Source: Cyanophora paradoxa CCMP329 (Eukaryota; Plantae; Glaucophyta). From it: a DNA stretch of 64,000 nt. Position 1 is the stretch's first letter. Each line of letters begins with the position of its first letter. The stretch lies in the NCBI GenBank assembly GCA_004431415.1, contig QPMI01000230.1, positions 62,001 through 126,000 of the forward strand, read 5' to 3'. The notes under the pieces are model-generated. The model was given only the letters and a program-made list of their open reading frames with translations, ran no database searches and was not told where the DNA came from. Shown here piece after piece: positions 21,035-32,614 of this stretch. The position numbers and the translations under genes were made by a program.

Positions 21035-24000
21035 ATGGGGCGCCCGCGGCGCTCCAGCCGCGGGCGTCGCCGAGGGATCCAGAGCGAGAAGCCGGAGGAT
21101 GCGGAAGGGGGCGAGCCAGCGTGCGCGAGCATCGAGGATTTGCCGGGTTCGTACACGTCGGCCGCGGCGCGGTTAATGTTGTGGGTCGAGTTCCTTCGCC
21201 GCACAAATTGCTGACGACCCCTCTTTCTGTCTCTCGCGCGCGCAGACGCCGTGCTCGTGAGCGTCTTCTCCCTCCTTGTGCCCGACGCCGGGCTCCAGCG
21301 GGTCGTCTCAACCCTCGCGCTCGTCTCGTACCGCTTCCGCGACCTCGCCTGGTCCCTTCCCCTCGCTGACGGGGCCCTCACGGTGCCTGCACCCGCCCTC
21401 CCTCGAGCTCCCGCCCCGAACTTACGGCCGCCGGCAGCGGGAGCACTCGCTGCACGTGCACTTCATCATGGAGGCCCTTTTTATGGCCTGCCGAAGCGGG
21501 GGCCTGCGGCGCCTTGACCTGGCGCGCCTGCCGCTGCCGGACGGCGTGGACGCCTTCGAGCTGCTCGTTGACTTCGGGCTGCTGCACATGCGCGCCGCTG
21601 CCAGCCTCACGCACCTCACCGCCGCCTTCCGCTCGCGCTTCCCCGGACCGCGGGCCCCCTCCGCCGCCCTCCGCTGCCTCCCGCCCCTGCCCCGCCTCGA
21701 GCACCTCGACCTCAGCGGCTCCGTCGTCTATGCCGATGCCCTCCGCGGCCTCCTCGCCTCCTGCGCCCCCTCCCTCCGCGCCGTCTACCTCTCGTGCGCG
21801 CCGTACCCCGCCCCGGCCCCGGTACCCCCTCCTGACCGGACCGGCCCTGCAGCGCGGTGCTGGTGGCCCACAAGGGCCCCGCGCCCGTCGTCGAGGGGGC
21901 CCCGCACCCCGCCTCCGTCCTCTTCCCCCTCCAGGGCCTTCGGTGCGCGCGCCCCTCCCCTCCGCCCGCGCGCGCCTGCGGCTGACGCGGGGCCAGGCTG
22001 CCGGCGCTGGAGGCGCTGGACCTCTCCGACTGCGTGCTCGACCCGGCGGACGTCTGCGACTTCGTGGCCGGCCTGCCCCGCCTCGCCCGCCTCTTCCTCG
22101 CCCGGCCCCGCGCCGCCCCCGCCCCGGAGCAGTGGCCCTGCGGCTGGGCCGAGTTCCGGACCCTGCCCGCGTGGGGGCCGGCGGCGCGGGAGGGCCTCGC
22201 GGCCGCCCTCGCCCGCCCCGGCCTCGCCGTCGTCGTCCGCGACCCCTTCCGCGAGCTCGCCGCCGCCTGCGGCGAGACGGACCCCGCCCGGCAGCGCCTG
22301 CGCGCCCGCGAGGCGGCCGCCGCCTTCCGCGCGCCGCTCGCCGCCGGCCTCGACGCCTTCGACGCCCGCGGCTTCACCCCTTTCTCCGTGCGCCGCCCGC
22401 GCCCCGGCGCCCCGGCGCTCCCCTTTGCCATGCTCACGCGCGCCGCGACCCAGTGGCCGTGCAGGCGGGGGCTTTCGTCGCGGCCCGCGAGCTCCTCGCC
22501 GCCGGCGCCTCTCCGAGCACCGCCCCGCTGGGGCCCGAAGCCCGGCCCCTCCCCGTCCCCTGGTCCGCCCCGTACCCCTGCGAGGCCTTCGACCCCCGCC
22601 GGCCGTGCGGCCGCTGTCCCGCCCGGCCGGCGGCGGGGGCGCTGCACCGGCTGCTGCGGGAGAAGGAGCACAGCGGGCTGGTGCCCGCCGTGCTCGCCCT
22701 GGTCGCCCTCGGGGCGGACCTCTTCGAGACGGACGAGCGCGGCTGCACGCCCTTCGAGGCGCTCGTGGCGGGCGACTGGGTCGGGCGCGACTGGCTCGCC
22801 GCCCTCCGCGCCATCGCGCCCCTCCAGGGCTTCGCCCGGCGCGAGCGGCGCGCCCTCCCCGCCGTCCTCGCTGAGGCCGAGACCGACGAGCACGTCGAGA
22901 CGGTGGCCGCCCTCGTTGCCGCCGGCGCCGACCCCGCGGCTTGGGGAGTGAACGGTGCCCCCGCGCGCACCCACGCCCCGATGCAAGCCCGCCCGCCGTG
23001 ACCGCTCGCCCCGCGCGCGCGCAGGCGTGCCACCCGTGCACCGCGCGGCGGCCTCGGGCCGCACCCGCGTCCTCCGCCTCCTCCTTCGTGCGTCCCGACC
23101 CCTCGAGCGCGGGAGGCGCCGCGGGGTCGGTCCCGACGCCGGCGCGCAGGCGCTGAGGGCGCCGTGAACGCGCGGACGGCGGGCTGGAATCCGCCGACGG
23201 CGCTGCAGGCCGCCGTGGCTGCGGGGGAAGTGGAGGCGGCGCGGCTCCTCCTGGAGGCGGGGGCGGAACCCGGCCGCGGCGACCCGCCCCCGCTGCACCA
23301 GGCGGCGGCGCTGGGTCCCGAGCGGCCCGGCGCGCCCGACCTCGTCCGCCTCCTCGTCGAGGCCGGCGCCGTTCCCGACGCGCGCGACGCCGCCGGGCGC
23401 ACGGCGCTGCACGTCGCCGTCGAGGCCGGCGCCGCCGCCGCGGTCGCCGCCCTCCTCGCCCGCGGCGCCGACCCCAACGCGCCCCTCGACGGGCCCGAGG
23501 GCGGCCCATCCCCGCTCCAGCTCGCCGCCGCCGCCGGCCGCCCCGACATCCTCGACGTCCTCCTGCACCCGCCGCCCCTCCGCTTCCGCCCCTCCCGCCG
23601 CCTCGCCACGCCCCCGGAGTCCGAGCCGGAGGCCCATCGCGAGCCCGTCCTCGAGCTCGCCACGCGTAAGCCCCCGGGGCCCAAGCCGGAGGGCGCGTGG
23701 TGCGAGGTGCGGCCGCGGAGGAGGCGCCCGTACGCGTGACCACGGGGGGCCAGGGCCCCGTGGCGGTGGAGGTGGAGGTGCGGGACGGGCGGGGGGCCAC
23801 GCCCCTCGCGGAGGCCCTCCCCGCCCCCAACCTCCCCCCCCCTCCCTCCTCGCAGCCGACCCCGCCGCCGCGGCCTTCACCCGCTCGCCCTCGCCCCCCT
23901 CCCCCTCCGCGCTGGAGGCTGGGGGCGGCCATGGCCAGCCGCGCCTGGAGACCCCCGCCCTCCGCGCTCCCCTCGCCGCCCTCGCCGCCGCCTAGGCCTT

Positions 24001-24059
24001 CCCTTCCAAGTTTGGGTCCCAGATCCTTGAGACACTCCGGGGGCCGCGCTCTCAAATAA
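21035..24059 (+). CDS. F-box + LRR + ankyrin-repeat protein; multi-exon, 3' end uncertain
   Basis: F-box SIEDLP|DAVLVSVF..LALVSYRFRDLA. LRRs LRRLDL, LTHL, LPRLEHLDLSG, LEALDLSDC. Ankyrins TALQAAVAAGEVEAARLLLEAGA, GRTALHVAVEAG..VAALLARGADPN, SPLQLAAAAGRPDILDVLL. Confidence 0.8.
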
Positions 24060-24420
24060 AGGTCGATCCGAGCTTCGATATATAACGTACGCGTTGCTTC
24101 CGAGTTCGTTTCTTGATCAGTTTCTCCATATTTGCAATACTCTTTCTCCAGATTCCAATATTAATGTTCTTGGCCTGCGATTTTTTCGATTTTCAATATT
24201 CAATTAACACGCACTGTGAGTCTGTGACTACGTATACATATGTATAGCGGCTGTACTAGTGTCAGGAATGACCAATCGCGACCAATCATTGAATTGATCA
24301 TGATTACTAAGTTAGGAGATATATCGATGAAACACTGAAACACCATGATGAAACACTGAAAGGCCCTGAGGATCCGGAACAGCAGCTTATAGCTAGCTAT
24401 AGGATCCGATCATCATGGCA
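24060..24420. repeat. AT-richer palindrome and direct-repeat block E between convergent F-box/ankyrin genes
   Basis: TACGTATACATATGTATA, GTACTAGT, TGATCATGA, GATATATCGAT, TATAGCTAGCTATA, GGATCC x2. Direct repeats GATGAAACACTGAAA x2 and GACCAATC x2. Confidence 0.75.
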
Positions 24421-24551
24421 TTGGAGAAGCTTTGAAAGGAAACTGTTTTGGAACGAACTTTAAAGCCACCCTATCCATGCCGGCAACGGAGAACAGCTTC
24501 ATGACCGGGCAACCGAACGCCTGGATTGGGGTGCGGCCCGCGCGGGCCCCC

Positions 24552-27497
24552 CTAGGCGGTGCGGGGGCGCTTGGCCGGCGGGGCGCCCGCGTCGGCCTCC
24601 GGCTCCTCGTCGCCGCCGATCCCGAGGGCCGCCCCCACCGCGAGGAACTCCCGCTCCGCCCCCTCCAGCGCCTCCACGCCCTCCCCGCTCTGCGCGCGAC
24701 CGGGGTACATCGGAAAAGACGCAAGTTTGGGGGGGGGAAGGGGAGCGGGGGGGGGGGGGGGGGGGGGGGCGGACCAGGCGCGCGGGCTCGGCGCCGGCGT
24801 CGAGGAGGGCGCGGGCGGCCCGGGGCAGGGCCCCCCGCGCCGCGAAATGCAGGAGGAGGTCCGTACCCCCCGGGCCCCAGACGGGCTCCTCCAGGAAGGC
24901 GCGGCGTACCCCCAGAGCCTCCAGGCGGTCCCCATCGAGCCCCAGGAGCTCTGCGCGCGCGCGACGTCACGATTTGGCATCGGCCGCGGGGCGGGGACGG
25001 TCGAGGTCTCGGGGGAGGGGCACGCGCCGACGGCGTGGGCGGCGATGAGCGAGCGGCCGAAGCGCTCGCTCGCGTGCAGCTCCCGCTCGTCACCGGCGCC
25101 AATCGCGAGCAGCCGCTGCAGCGGGGTGCGCCCCGCGCCGTCCCTCACGGCGAGCAGGTCGAGGCCGGCGCGGGCGGCGGCGGCCAGCAGCGCCCGCGCC
25201 GCCTCCGCGTGCCCCAGCGCGCAGGCGACGTGCAGCGCCGTGGCCCCCTCCGCGTCCTGCCCGCCCCCGCGTGAGCGGCGCAGGGCGAGGGGCGCAGGGC
25301 GGGGGGGCGGGCCTGAAGAAGGGGGTCGGCGCCGGCGGCGAGGAGGACGGCGACGAGGGCCGGGGAGTGCGCGGCGGCGAGGTGCAGCGCCGCCGCCGGC
25401 TCCCCGAGCGCAGCCGCTCGTCCACGAGGCGCCCCAGGCCCCACTCCCTGATCAGCTGCCCCCGCTCGGTTAGACGGGGCGGGGCGGGGCGGGGGGCGGG
25501 GCGGGGGGCGCGCCTGGCGGACGCTGGCGGCGGTGTAGTACGCAGCGGCGGAGCGTGCGGCTAGCACGTGGAGCGCCGTCGCCCCGTCCGCCACCAGCGG
25601 GTCCGCCGCCGCCGCCACCGCCGCCCCGTCCCGGAAGTAGGGCGGCGCCTGCGCGGGCGGCGTCGGCGAGAGAACCCGCGAGCGAGCGGGGCGCGGGGAG
25701 GGGGCTCGCCCAGGGCCCAGGGGGCGGGGCGGCGTCGGGGCCCTCAGGAGGGAGTCGCCGAGCCCCGAGACGAGGCGGCGGGCGGCGGCGAGCCCGCGGG
25801 GCCCCGGCCCGGCGGAGAGGGCTGCGCGGGGGCGGCGCGTCACGGGCCTCGGGGGCGGCAGAAGGGGAGGGGCGACCTCGGAAGAAGGCGGGGCGGCGAG
25901 GCGGGCGAGGTCGAAGCGTTCGGCCTCGGGGCGGGGGCGCGCGGTCCCGTCGAAGTGCTCGCGGAGCTCCCGCAGCGACGCCGCGCTCAGCTCCTCCAGC
26001 GCCTCCTGCTGCAGCCGCGCTCGGCCGCGGCCGAGGGCGGCGGGCGGGGCGGGGCGGGGCGGGGGCGGACGGGGTCGGTGAGGAGGACGAGGCGGGCGGG
26101 GCGGCGGGCGGGCCGCGCCACGAAGAACTCGAGGTCCATGCGGAAGCCCTCCTCCACCTGCGCGCCCCGCCCCCGAGGGTCTAAGTCTCCGTCCCATCCC
26201 CAGCCCCAAGGCGCGGGGGCGGACGGCGTAGAGCTCGCGGAGGGCGGGGAGGCGGGCGACGAGGGCGGCGAGCGCGCGCGCGTCTCCCGTCGCGTTCGTC
26301 CCCGACACGTCCACGCTCTCCAGCCGGGGGAACCTGCGGGGGCGGGGGGACCGGTCGGCAGGGGGGCGGGGAGGGGCGGAGGGCGCGCGCACTCGAGCCC
26401 CTCGAAGGCGCGGAGGAGCCTGCGGGTCTCGTCGCCCTCGAGCCCGAGCTCGGGGCGCTCCGGGAGCACGCGCACGCCCCTGCGCGGCGCTCGGGCACGC
26501 CGGCGCGGGGGCGGGGGCGGGGGCCGGGGGCGGGGCACGGGAGGAAGAGGCGCGCGAGGGTGGCGGCGGAGGCGCGGAGGAGGCGGCGGAGGGCGCGGAA
26601 GGGCGCCGCCAGCCCCGAGAGGTCCACCTGGCGCAGCCGCCGCACCGCCCCGCCCGGCAGCCCCGGCGCCGGCGCCGCCAGGGCGGCCAGCGGCCCCAGC
26701 GCCTCGCCGGGTCGGCCCCCGCGAGGGAGAGGTGCGTGAGGCCCGGGCAGCCGCGCAGGGCGCGCAGCAGGGCCCCGTCCCAGCGCCCCCGCTCGCCCGG
26801 CGGGAGCTGCGCCGGCCTCTCGCTGCCGGCGGCGGGGCCGAAGCGGACGCCGCCGAGGCAGAGCCGCTCGAAGTGGCTCCCGAAGCGCGCGCTCAGCCGC
26901 GCCACGTCCGGCAGCGACATCGCGCCCCCGCCCTGCGCCAGGCGTGAGCGCCGGGAGAGAGTTCGTACGCTCGGCGCATGGCCAAAACGGCTCCCAAGAG
27001 AGTCGGCGCACCGGGCGGCCTCCCAAGAGAGTCGGCTCTCTGAAAAGCGCCGCGTGGCTGTACGTGAGCACCTGGAAGCGGCGCCGAGCGAGGGCGAAGC
27101 TCAGGACGTCCACAATCCCGCCGAGAGACGCCAAGTGCTCGACGATCAGAACGATGAGTTCGTCTGCACGACGCAGATCAGCGCGCGCGCTCGTGCTTTG
27201 CATCGGTCCTAGGCCTGGAGTACTAGTGCGCGACCCGGCACTTGACCACGCACTTGGCAGGTCCATCAGTGACGGGGCTCCGTGCCCAATCATTGCTGCT
27301 TTGCTCTCTGCATCGAAGTCCGGAGCGGCAGCACGCCCCAGATCGCTGCAGCCGGCTGATGCGAGCGTTCGCATGCGCATGCGCTTTCCAGATGCGCATT
27401 CCAGGAGCGTGATGGCGGCGTCTTGGCTCGCAGTACGGGTCATCGGCCTCTCCAACGCTCGATCAATGTCGTCTGCGCTCGAGGCTGCCTGCGACAT
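24552..27497 (-). CDS. F-box + LRR + ankyrin-repeat protein; multi-exon
   Basis: F-box SLMDLP|NELIVLIVEHL..FALARRRFQVL. LRRs CPGLTHLSLAG, LRQVDLSG, FPRLESVDVSG, LPALRELYA. Ankyrins GATALHVLA, ALHLAAAHSPALVAVLLAAGADP, GATALHVACALG, RDGAGRTPL. C-terminal NLS-like PPAKRPR. Confidence 0.8.
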
Positions 27498-27589
27498 GGC
27501 GCGGCGCTGCAGCTGACTCCCCGCTGCCCGCTGGATCCGGAGCTGACAACCTGCGTCAACAGGCTGCAGTCGAGTGCTATTATTCACTG

Positions 27590-27990
27590 CTATCTGAAGT
27601 GATCTGCAGCAGCAGAGTGATCTGCAGGCTGCAGCAGCTACAGCTATAGGAGTTCGAGGAGTGGAGACGGGTACGCAGCGGAGACGGGTACGTACGCAGT
27701 TGATCGATGAATTGGCTCAAGTGATCATGATCATGATCATGATCATGAAGCGCGCCATTTCGGAATTCTCTCTGGATTATGGCGATTTAACCCCCTCGCC
27801 CGGCGGCCGCGCCGGCATGCGCATGCGCAGATATATTATATATAATTAACGTTAGTTCCCCGGGCCCGACAGTACTAGTTCTCGACAGTACTAGTATACG
27901 TATGCGCTGCCAGGCTGATCATCGGATCTGGCACTGCCGCAGTGCGGCAATCCAAGATCCTTGCCTCAGCCTGATCTAGATCTCTGCGTG
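27590..27990. repeat. Palindrome-chain block F
   Basis: (GATCAT)4 at 27723-27746, GCATGCGCATGCGCA at 27815, ATATATTATATATAATTAACGTT, CGACAGTACTAGT x2, GGAGACGGGTACG x2, AGTGATCTGCAG x2, GATCTAGATC. Confidence 0.85.
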
Positions 27991-28090
27991 ACTCCTTAAA
28001 GTAGCCTTCTTCAAATTGATTAATGTCTTTACAGGTGTCTTGACTCAGTGATTCTTGAATACGAAATAAGCTTGCCTCGGTTGCATTGCC

Positions 28091-30319
28091 CTAGCTCGAG
28101 CTCGAGGGTGCCGAGCGGAGCCGGTGCGGCTGCCCGGCGTGCACGAGGCCATGCACATGGGCCTGCCCGTGGGACGCCGTGCGCCCCTGCGCGACGCCAC
28201 CGGTCAGAGTGCGCCCCCATGCGCCCTGCAGCTGGACCTCGAAGGCCGCGGCGGCGGACCTGCGAGCGCGCCTGCGCCTGCGCGCATCTCTCCCACTCGT
28301 CGTCCCGCCGCATCTCCCCCACCGCGTTCTTCAGGTCGAAGCCCTGCGACGATAGGTAGTAGCTGCCCGCCGGAAGGGTCAGGCGGGCAGGGTACGGCGA
28401 GCGGCGGGAAAGGAGGGGTACGCGAACCTCGCCTCCCCCTCCGAGAGGCCCATGGAGCGCTGAAGAGTGCGGACGAGCCTGCCGGGTACCAGCGTGAACG
28501 GGGGGTACGGTGTGAGAGGGGCGCCGGGTGCTCACCTCGCCCGCCGCCGCGCCTCCGCAGCGGCCTCCGCGGCGGCCTCCGCCTCGGCGCTCGGCGGGGG
28601 CACGTCGCTCACCGCTAGCTGCGCGCCGCGAGGGGAGCCCTCTCAGCCCACGGGGGGGCCCGCGGGGCCGGGGCCGGCTGCGGGAGGGGCGCGCCTGGGA
28701 CTGGGCGAACGCGAGGGAGTACCGCTGCGCCGCGTCGTCTGCCGGCGCGCCGGCGTTGGCGGGCGGCGGGCGGCCAGCGCGCGTTACCCCTCTCGCCGAC
28801 GCACCGTAGTGCAGGCGGGGCACGGGCGCCTCGGCCTCCTCGGGGCGGAGGAGGACGGGCATGGCGGCCGGGGGCAGGGGCACGAGGACCGACTCGCGCT
28901 GGCGGAAGGTCCCCTCGCTGAGGATGTTGTTCGCCCGCTTGATGTCCCCCGGCTGCGTCCGCGGGATCGAGGTCGGAAGGGGTACAGGGGCGGGCGCCGA
29001 GCGGGGGTACGGGAGCGCACAGTCACGCGGTAACGGAGGGCGAGGCCCGCGACCGTGTCGCGGCGCTGGACCTGCCGGGGGTACATCGCTCATCTCAACA
29101 ACAGGGGTACAGGCACAAGCGGTGGGGAGCGGGCCTTGTGGACGATGAAGAGCTCCGGAGGGCCGGCGAGCATCTCGGCGAAGGCCCGCTTCCAGGACCC
29201 CCCGCAGGCTGCCGGCATACCCCCCACGTCCGCCACGCCGAAGCGCGCCGCGAGCGCCCGCCTCCAGACGTGGCTGCAGAGCACGTCGGAAGGGAAGGCG
29301 GGGCCGAGGACGGGTGCGGCGCACGGGGCGTCGGCCACGGCGCGGAGAGGGCGGGAGGCGGCGGCGAGGCGGCAGAGGTCCCTGTGCCCCAGCAGCGCCA
29401 CGATGTCGTCCAGCAGGTCCTGCGGGAGGCACCCGAGGCGCCCCAGGCCGTCCCACCCCTCCCCGCCCTCCCTGCCCCGCCCCCGTCAGCGTTCGAACGG
29501 CGGGTCTAGGAGAGCTTTTGAAACGCTGGGCGCACTCGCAGTGAGTCCCCGGCGATTCGTCGGAGGGGTTTGCACAGTCGTCGGCAGAGTTCAAGGCTGG
29601 CGCCTGCGCATGCAGAAGGATTAGAGGCGCGGCGCGACGAGAGAAAGAGCGGGGAGCGAACCGAGGCGGGCCGGGCGCGCGCCCTCCGGATCCCCTCGCA
29701 CGCGCCCGCCTCGCCGCCCGCGTCCACGGCGGCGGTACCATCGCGAACGGAAGCAACGCCATCTTCGAGGCGATCGAGCTCGAAGAAGGAACGGAGCCGA
29801 CGGTGGCCGAGGGCGCCAGGACACGAGGCACACAAGCCAGCAAGGAATCCGAGTATCCGCGCCCGCCGCTGCGACGGGCCGGCGAGAAAGAGCTCCTTGA
29901 CGCCCGCACGGAGGCTCGCCTTCAGCGCCGAGCCGAGATCCGCGCGAAGCTGCGCCGGCGCCCCGGCCGATCCGCGTGAGACAGCGGCGACGGGCGCCTC
30001 TCGATACGACGAGCGCTCCTGTGACCAAGCGACCGCTACGTATACCGCATCTAAGCTCCTATTGGGCGCGGCAAGCGCCCCCTTCGGCCGCGCCCCTTCG
30101 GCCGGCGCCGCGCACCGACGCCTCCAAATCGCATAGGTCGGCGAAGGAGCGCAGCACGCTTCGTGGTTTCCCCTCATACAGAAATGAAATGGAAAAGAGT
30201 TCCAGGGCCTGCTGGGCGCTCCGCGTTGGCTGCCGTGCGGCGTTCTGGTCGACGTCGAGCCCCCTGCAGCTGCCGCTCCGCAGGATCACGGGACTCACGC
30301 CAAGAACTCTTAGATGCAT
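28091..30319 (-). CDS. PX-like + F-box + LysM protein (F-box/LysM part resembles the plant At1g55000 type); multi-exon
   Basis: F-box LGCLPQDLLDDIVALLGHRDLCRLAAASR. LysM HK|VQRRDTVAGLALRYRVT|PGDIKRANNI. C-term YYLSSQGFDLKNAVGEMRRDDEWE. Upstream exons FSISFLYEGKPRSVLRSFADLCDLE..RRARILGFLAGLC..HRRLRSFFEL (PX-like) join in frame via a phase-0 GC donor at 29682. An alternative start at 29762 would omit the PX part. Confidence 0.7.
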
Positions 30320-30847
30320 TGAAAGCGCTGCTGGGCGCAGCCGCTGCGGCGCCGGCGGGTCGACGTCCGACGCACTCCACCAGGCCTTGCTGTAGGTCTC
30401 GTACCCGGCCCTGCCGCAGTGCCCATGCCTGAACGCACGTGCACGTGCACGGGCGCGGCGGGCCGGCACGATTTGATTCGACCGAGAATACAGCGGCGTG
30501 TCGCCGAGTCGGTGTGCGTCGACCGGCGCCGGGCGCTCGCGCGCCGGCGGGCCGGGGCCCGGGGGCCGGCCGCGACTAGCGCGCGCATGCGCCTGCATAT
30601 GCGAGCCCTCGCCGAGAGCTCTCAAAAGTGAATTAGCAATAAATGACGTTCAATGAAGCGAAAAATAAAGTGAATAATAGCGACTGGTGTCGCAAAGCGG
30701 CGAAGGGAGGCCTAGGGCGCCGGCGGTGGCTATGGTAATAGGAATTCGAAGGCCTAGCTATAGGGGAGGCCGGCGAACGCCGAGGCCCGAGAAGGTTGGT
30801 GGGGAGGGTGCCGGCCAGATCCACAGCAGGTCGGGTGTACTCGGCGA

Positions 30848-32552
30848 TCAGCAGCAGTCGTAGTACCTGCGGAAGAGAAGCCTCGTTGAGCCCTCGGCGG
30901 CACAGAGATCTAGAGCGGGCGGCGCGGGAACCAACGAACTCGTTCGAGAACCAGTTCCACTCCTTGCTCTTGGCCTCCAGCGCCTCGGGGGAAGGCATCT
31001 GCCTCCGAGTTCACGGCTCGCTCGGAAGACGTGAAGAGAGAGCGGAGGAGGGAACTCGCCTGCCACTCGACGGGAGGGCCGCGCCCCAGCGAGAAGCAGA
31101 AGTACCTTCAAAAGAGGAAAGTCACGAGGGCGGAGCCAGGGGCGTGCGGGAGGGGTAGGCGCACCGCAGGTTCGGCCAGCAGCCCCGCGAGAAGGGGTAC
31201 ACGTTCTCCGGGACTGCCTTCAGGTAATCGATCTTCGCCCGCTTGAGCATCTGGGTACAGGGCCTCTCAGCTCGCGAATCCCCCGCAGCGATTCGAGGCA
31301 CGGGCCTCCCACGTGGTCTGGTTCGAGCACGCCAGGAAGCCGTGGTAAACAGCCAGCGAGAAGGGGAGCATGCCTGGCGGGGAAACGGGATTCGAACGGG
31401 GTGCGGCAAGCGCGCCGTGGCAGATCTTGAGGGTACGGCGCACCGAACATAAGGATAAGAATAATACAGATGAGGAGGAATCCGTTGTCGTCAAGCCATT
31501 GCTTGAAGCCAGGGCGGTCCTCGAGGCCGCTCCCCGCCTGGATCCGAGCCGCCTGGAATTCAGGAGGCGCAAGGGAAGGGGGGGGAGGGGGAGGGGGAGG
31601 GGGGGGAGGAGGAGGAGGGGTAGAAGCCGGGGTACGGGCGCACAAGTAGGAGGCCCCAGCCACAGACTAGAGTCTCTGTGATGAGGTACCAAAGAAAACG
31701 ACCTGGGATGTAAATCAGAGGGGTACGGGACGCATAGAGGGGGGTACGTGCAGTGATTCTTCTCCCCGACGCATGTCCCGATCCAGAAGCAGTGATGGTC
31801 TGCCGTCACAACCGAAAGCAGGATTCAGTCTCGCCCAAGTTTGACCAGCCGGCGCAGTCTCGTGCACCGAAGCGGCGGACGCAGCGGTTGCATTCCTTAC
31901 AGTGCTTGCTCCGCAGCGGCTGCGGGGGGGTGTCGGAGGCTGCGGCTGTTATCATGAACGGCTGTGCAACTCTGGCACCTGTACAATCCCGCACGGCGTG
32001 CAGAAGCGGTGGTACGGTGGCAGGGTCGCCAGCGGCGGCGCAGCGCGGGACGCGCCGACGTCAGCGGCGTAGCGCAGAAGGCCAGCCTCCTGATCCGCGT
32101 CCGGGTCATCTGCGGCGATATCGGAATGTCGCGTACGGGAGACTGGCCGTCGCGGCGAGCGCACCGGCCCGCACGCGGTCGGCGACCTCCACGTATCCCG
32201 GATCGCTGCCGACAAGGCTGAAGTACCGCCAGCAGTTGACCGCAACCACAACGGCGAATGCTGCGCGGCACAGCGAAGCTCGCTCGGTGCTACGGGCGCA
32301 GTCCGCTGAACGCACCGGCGACGTAGCCCCAGGAGCCGTCCGAGAAAGCCCTCCACAGCGCGTTGTCCGACCAGAGCACTCCACCGGCGAGTCCCACGTG
32401 AATCACGCACCAGGCGCCGACGACGGACCGTGCTGCACGACGAGAATTTGATCGGCGGGGGCACGCGGAAGGATGCTCAAAACCGCACTTGGCGTGCAAT
32501 CCGGCACGGTCCGTGAGAGCCGCCCCACGAGCCGCTCCGCCCACTCAAACAT
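30848..32552 (-). CDS. DHHC S-acyl (palmitoyl) transferase, ZDHHC12/PAT10-like; multi-exon
   Basis: SDPGY, QPLRSKHCKECNRCVRRF|DHHCFWIGTCVGEKNH, NQTTWE, YPFSRG, C-term NWFSNE|YYDCC*. Confidence 0.92.
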
Positions 32553-32614
32553 CGACCGACACTTGTACCGGGGGCAGAGTTCATCCCCCGGGGTAAACTC
32601 AGCCGGCCGTCAAG

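Noticed and set aside
24343-24418. C/D snoRNA candidate (ATGATGA..CTGA with CCATGATGA/TCATCATGG inverted ends)
   Set aside because: Box spacing is too short, the inverted repeat would sequester box C, and it lies in a palindrome block where such words arise by chance.
24747-24769. G23 homopolymer and (GGGGC)n tracts as G-quadruplex elements
   Set aside because: These are the complement of the generic C-rich intron composition, and homopolymer length is unreliable.
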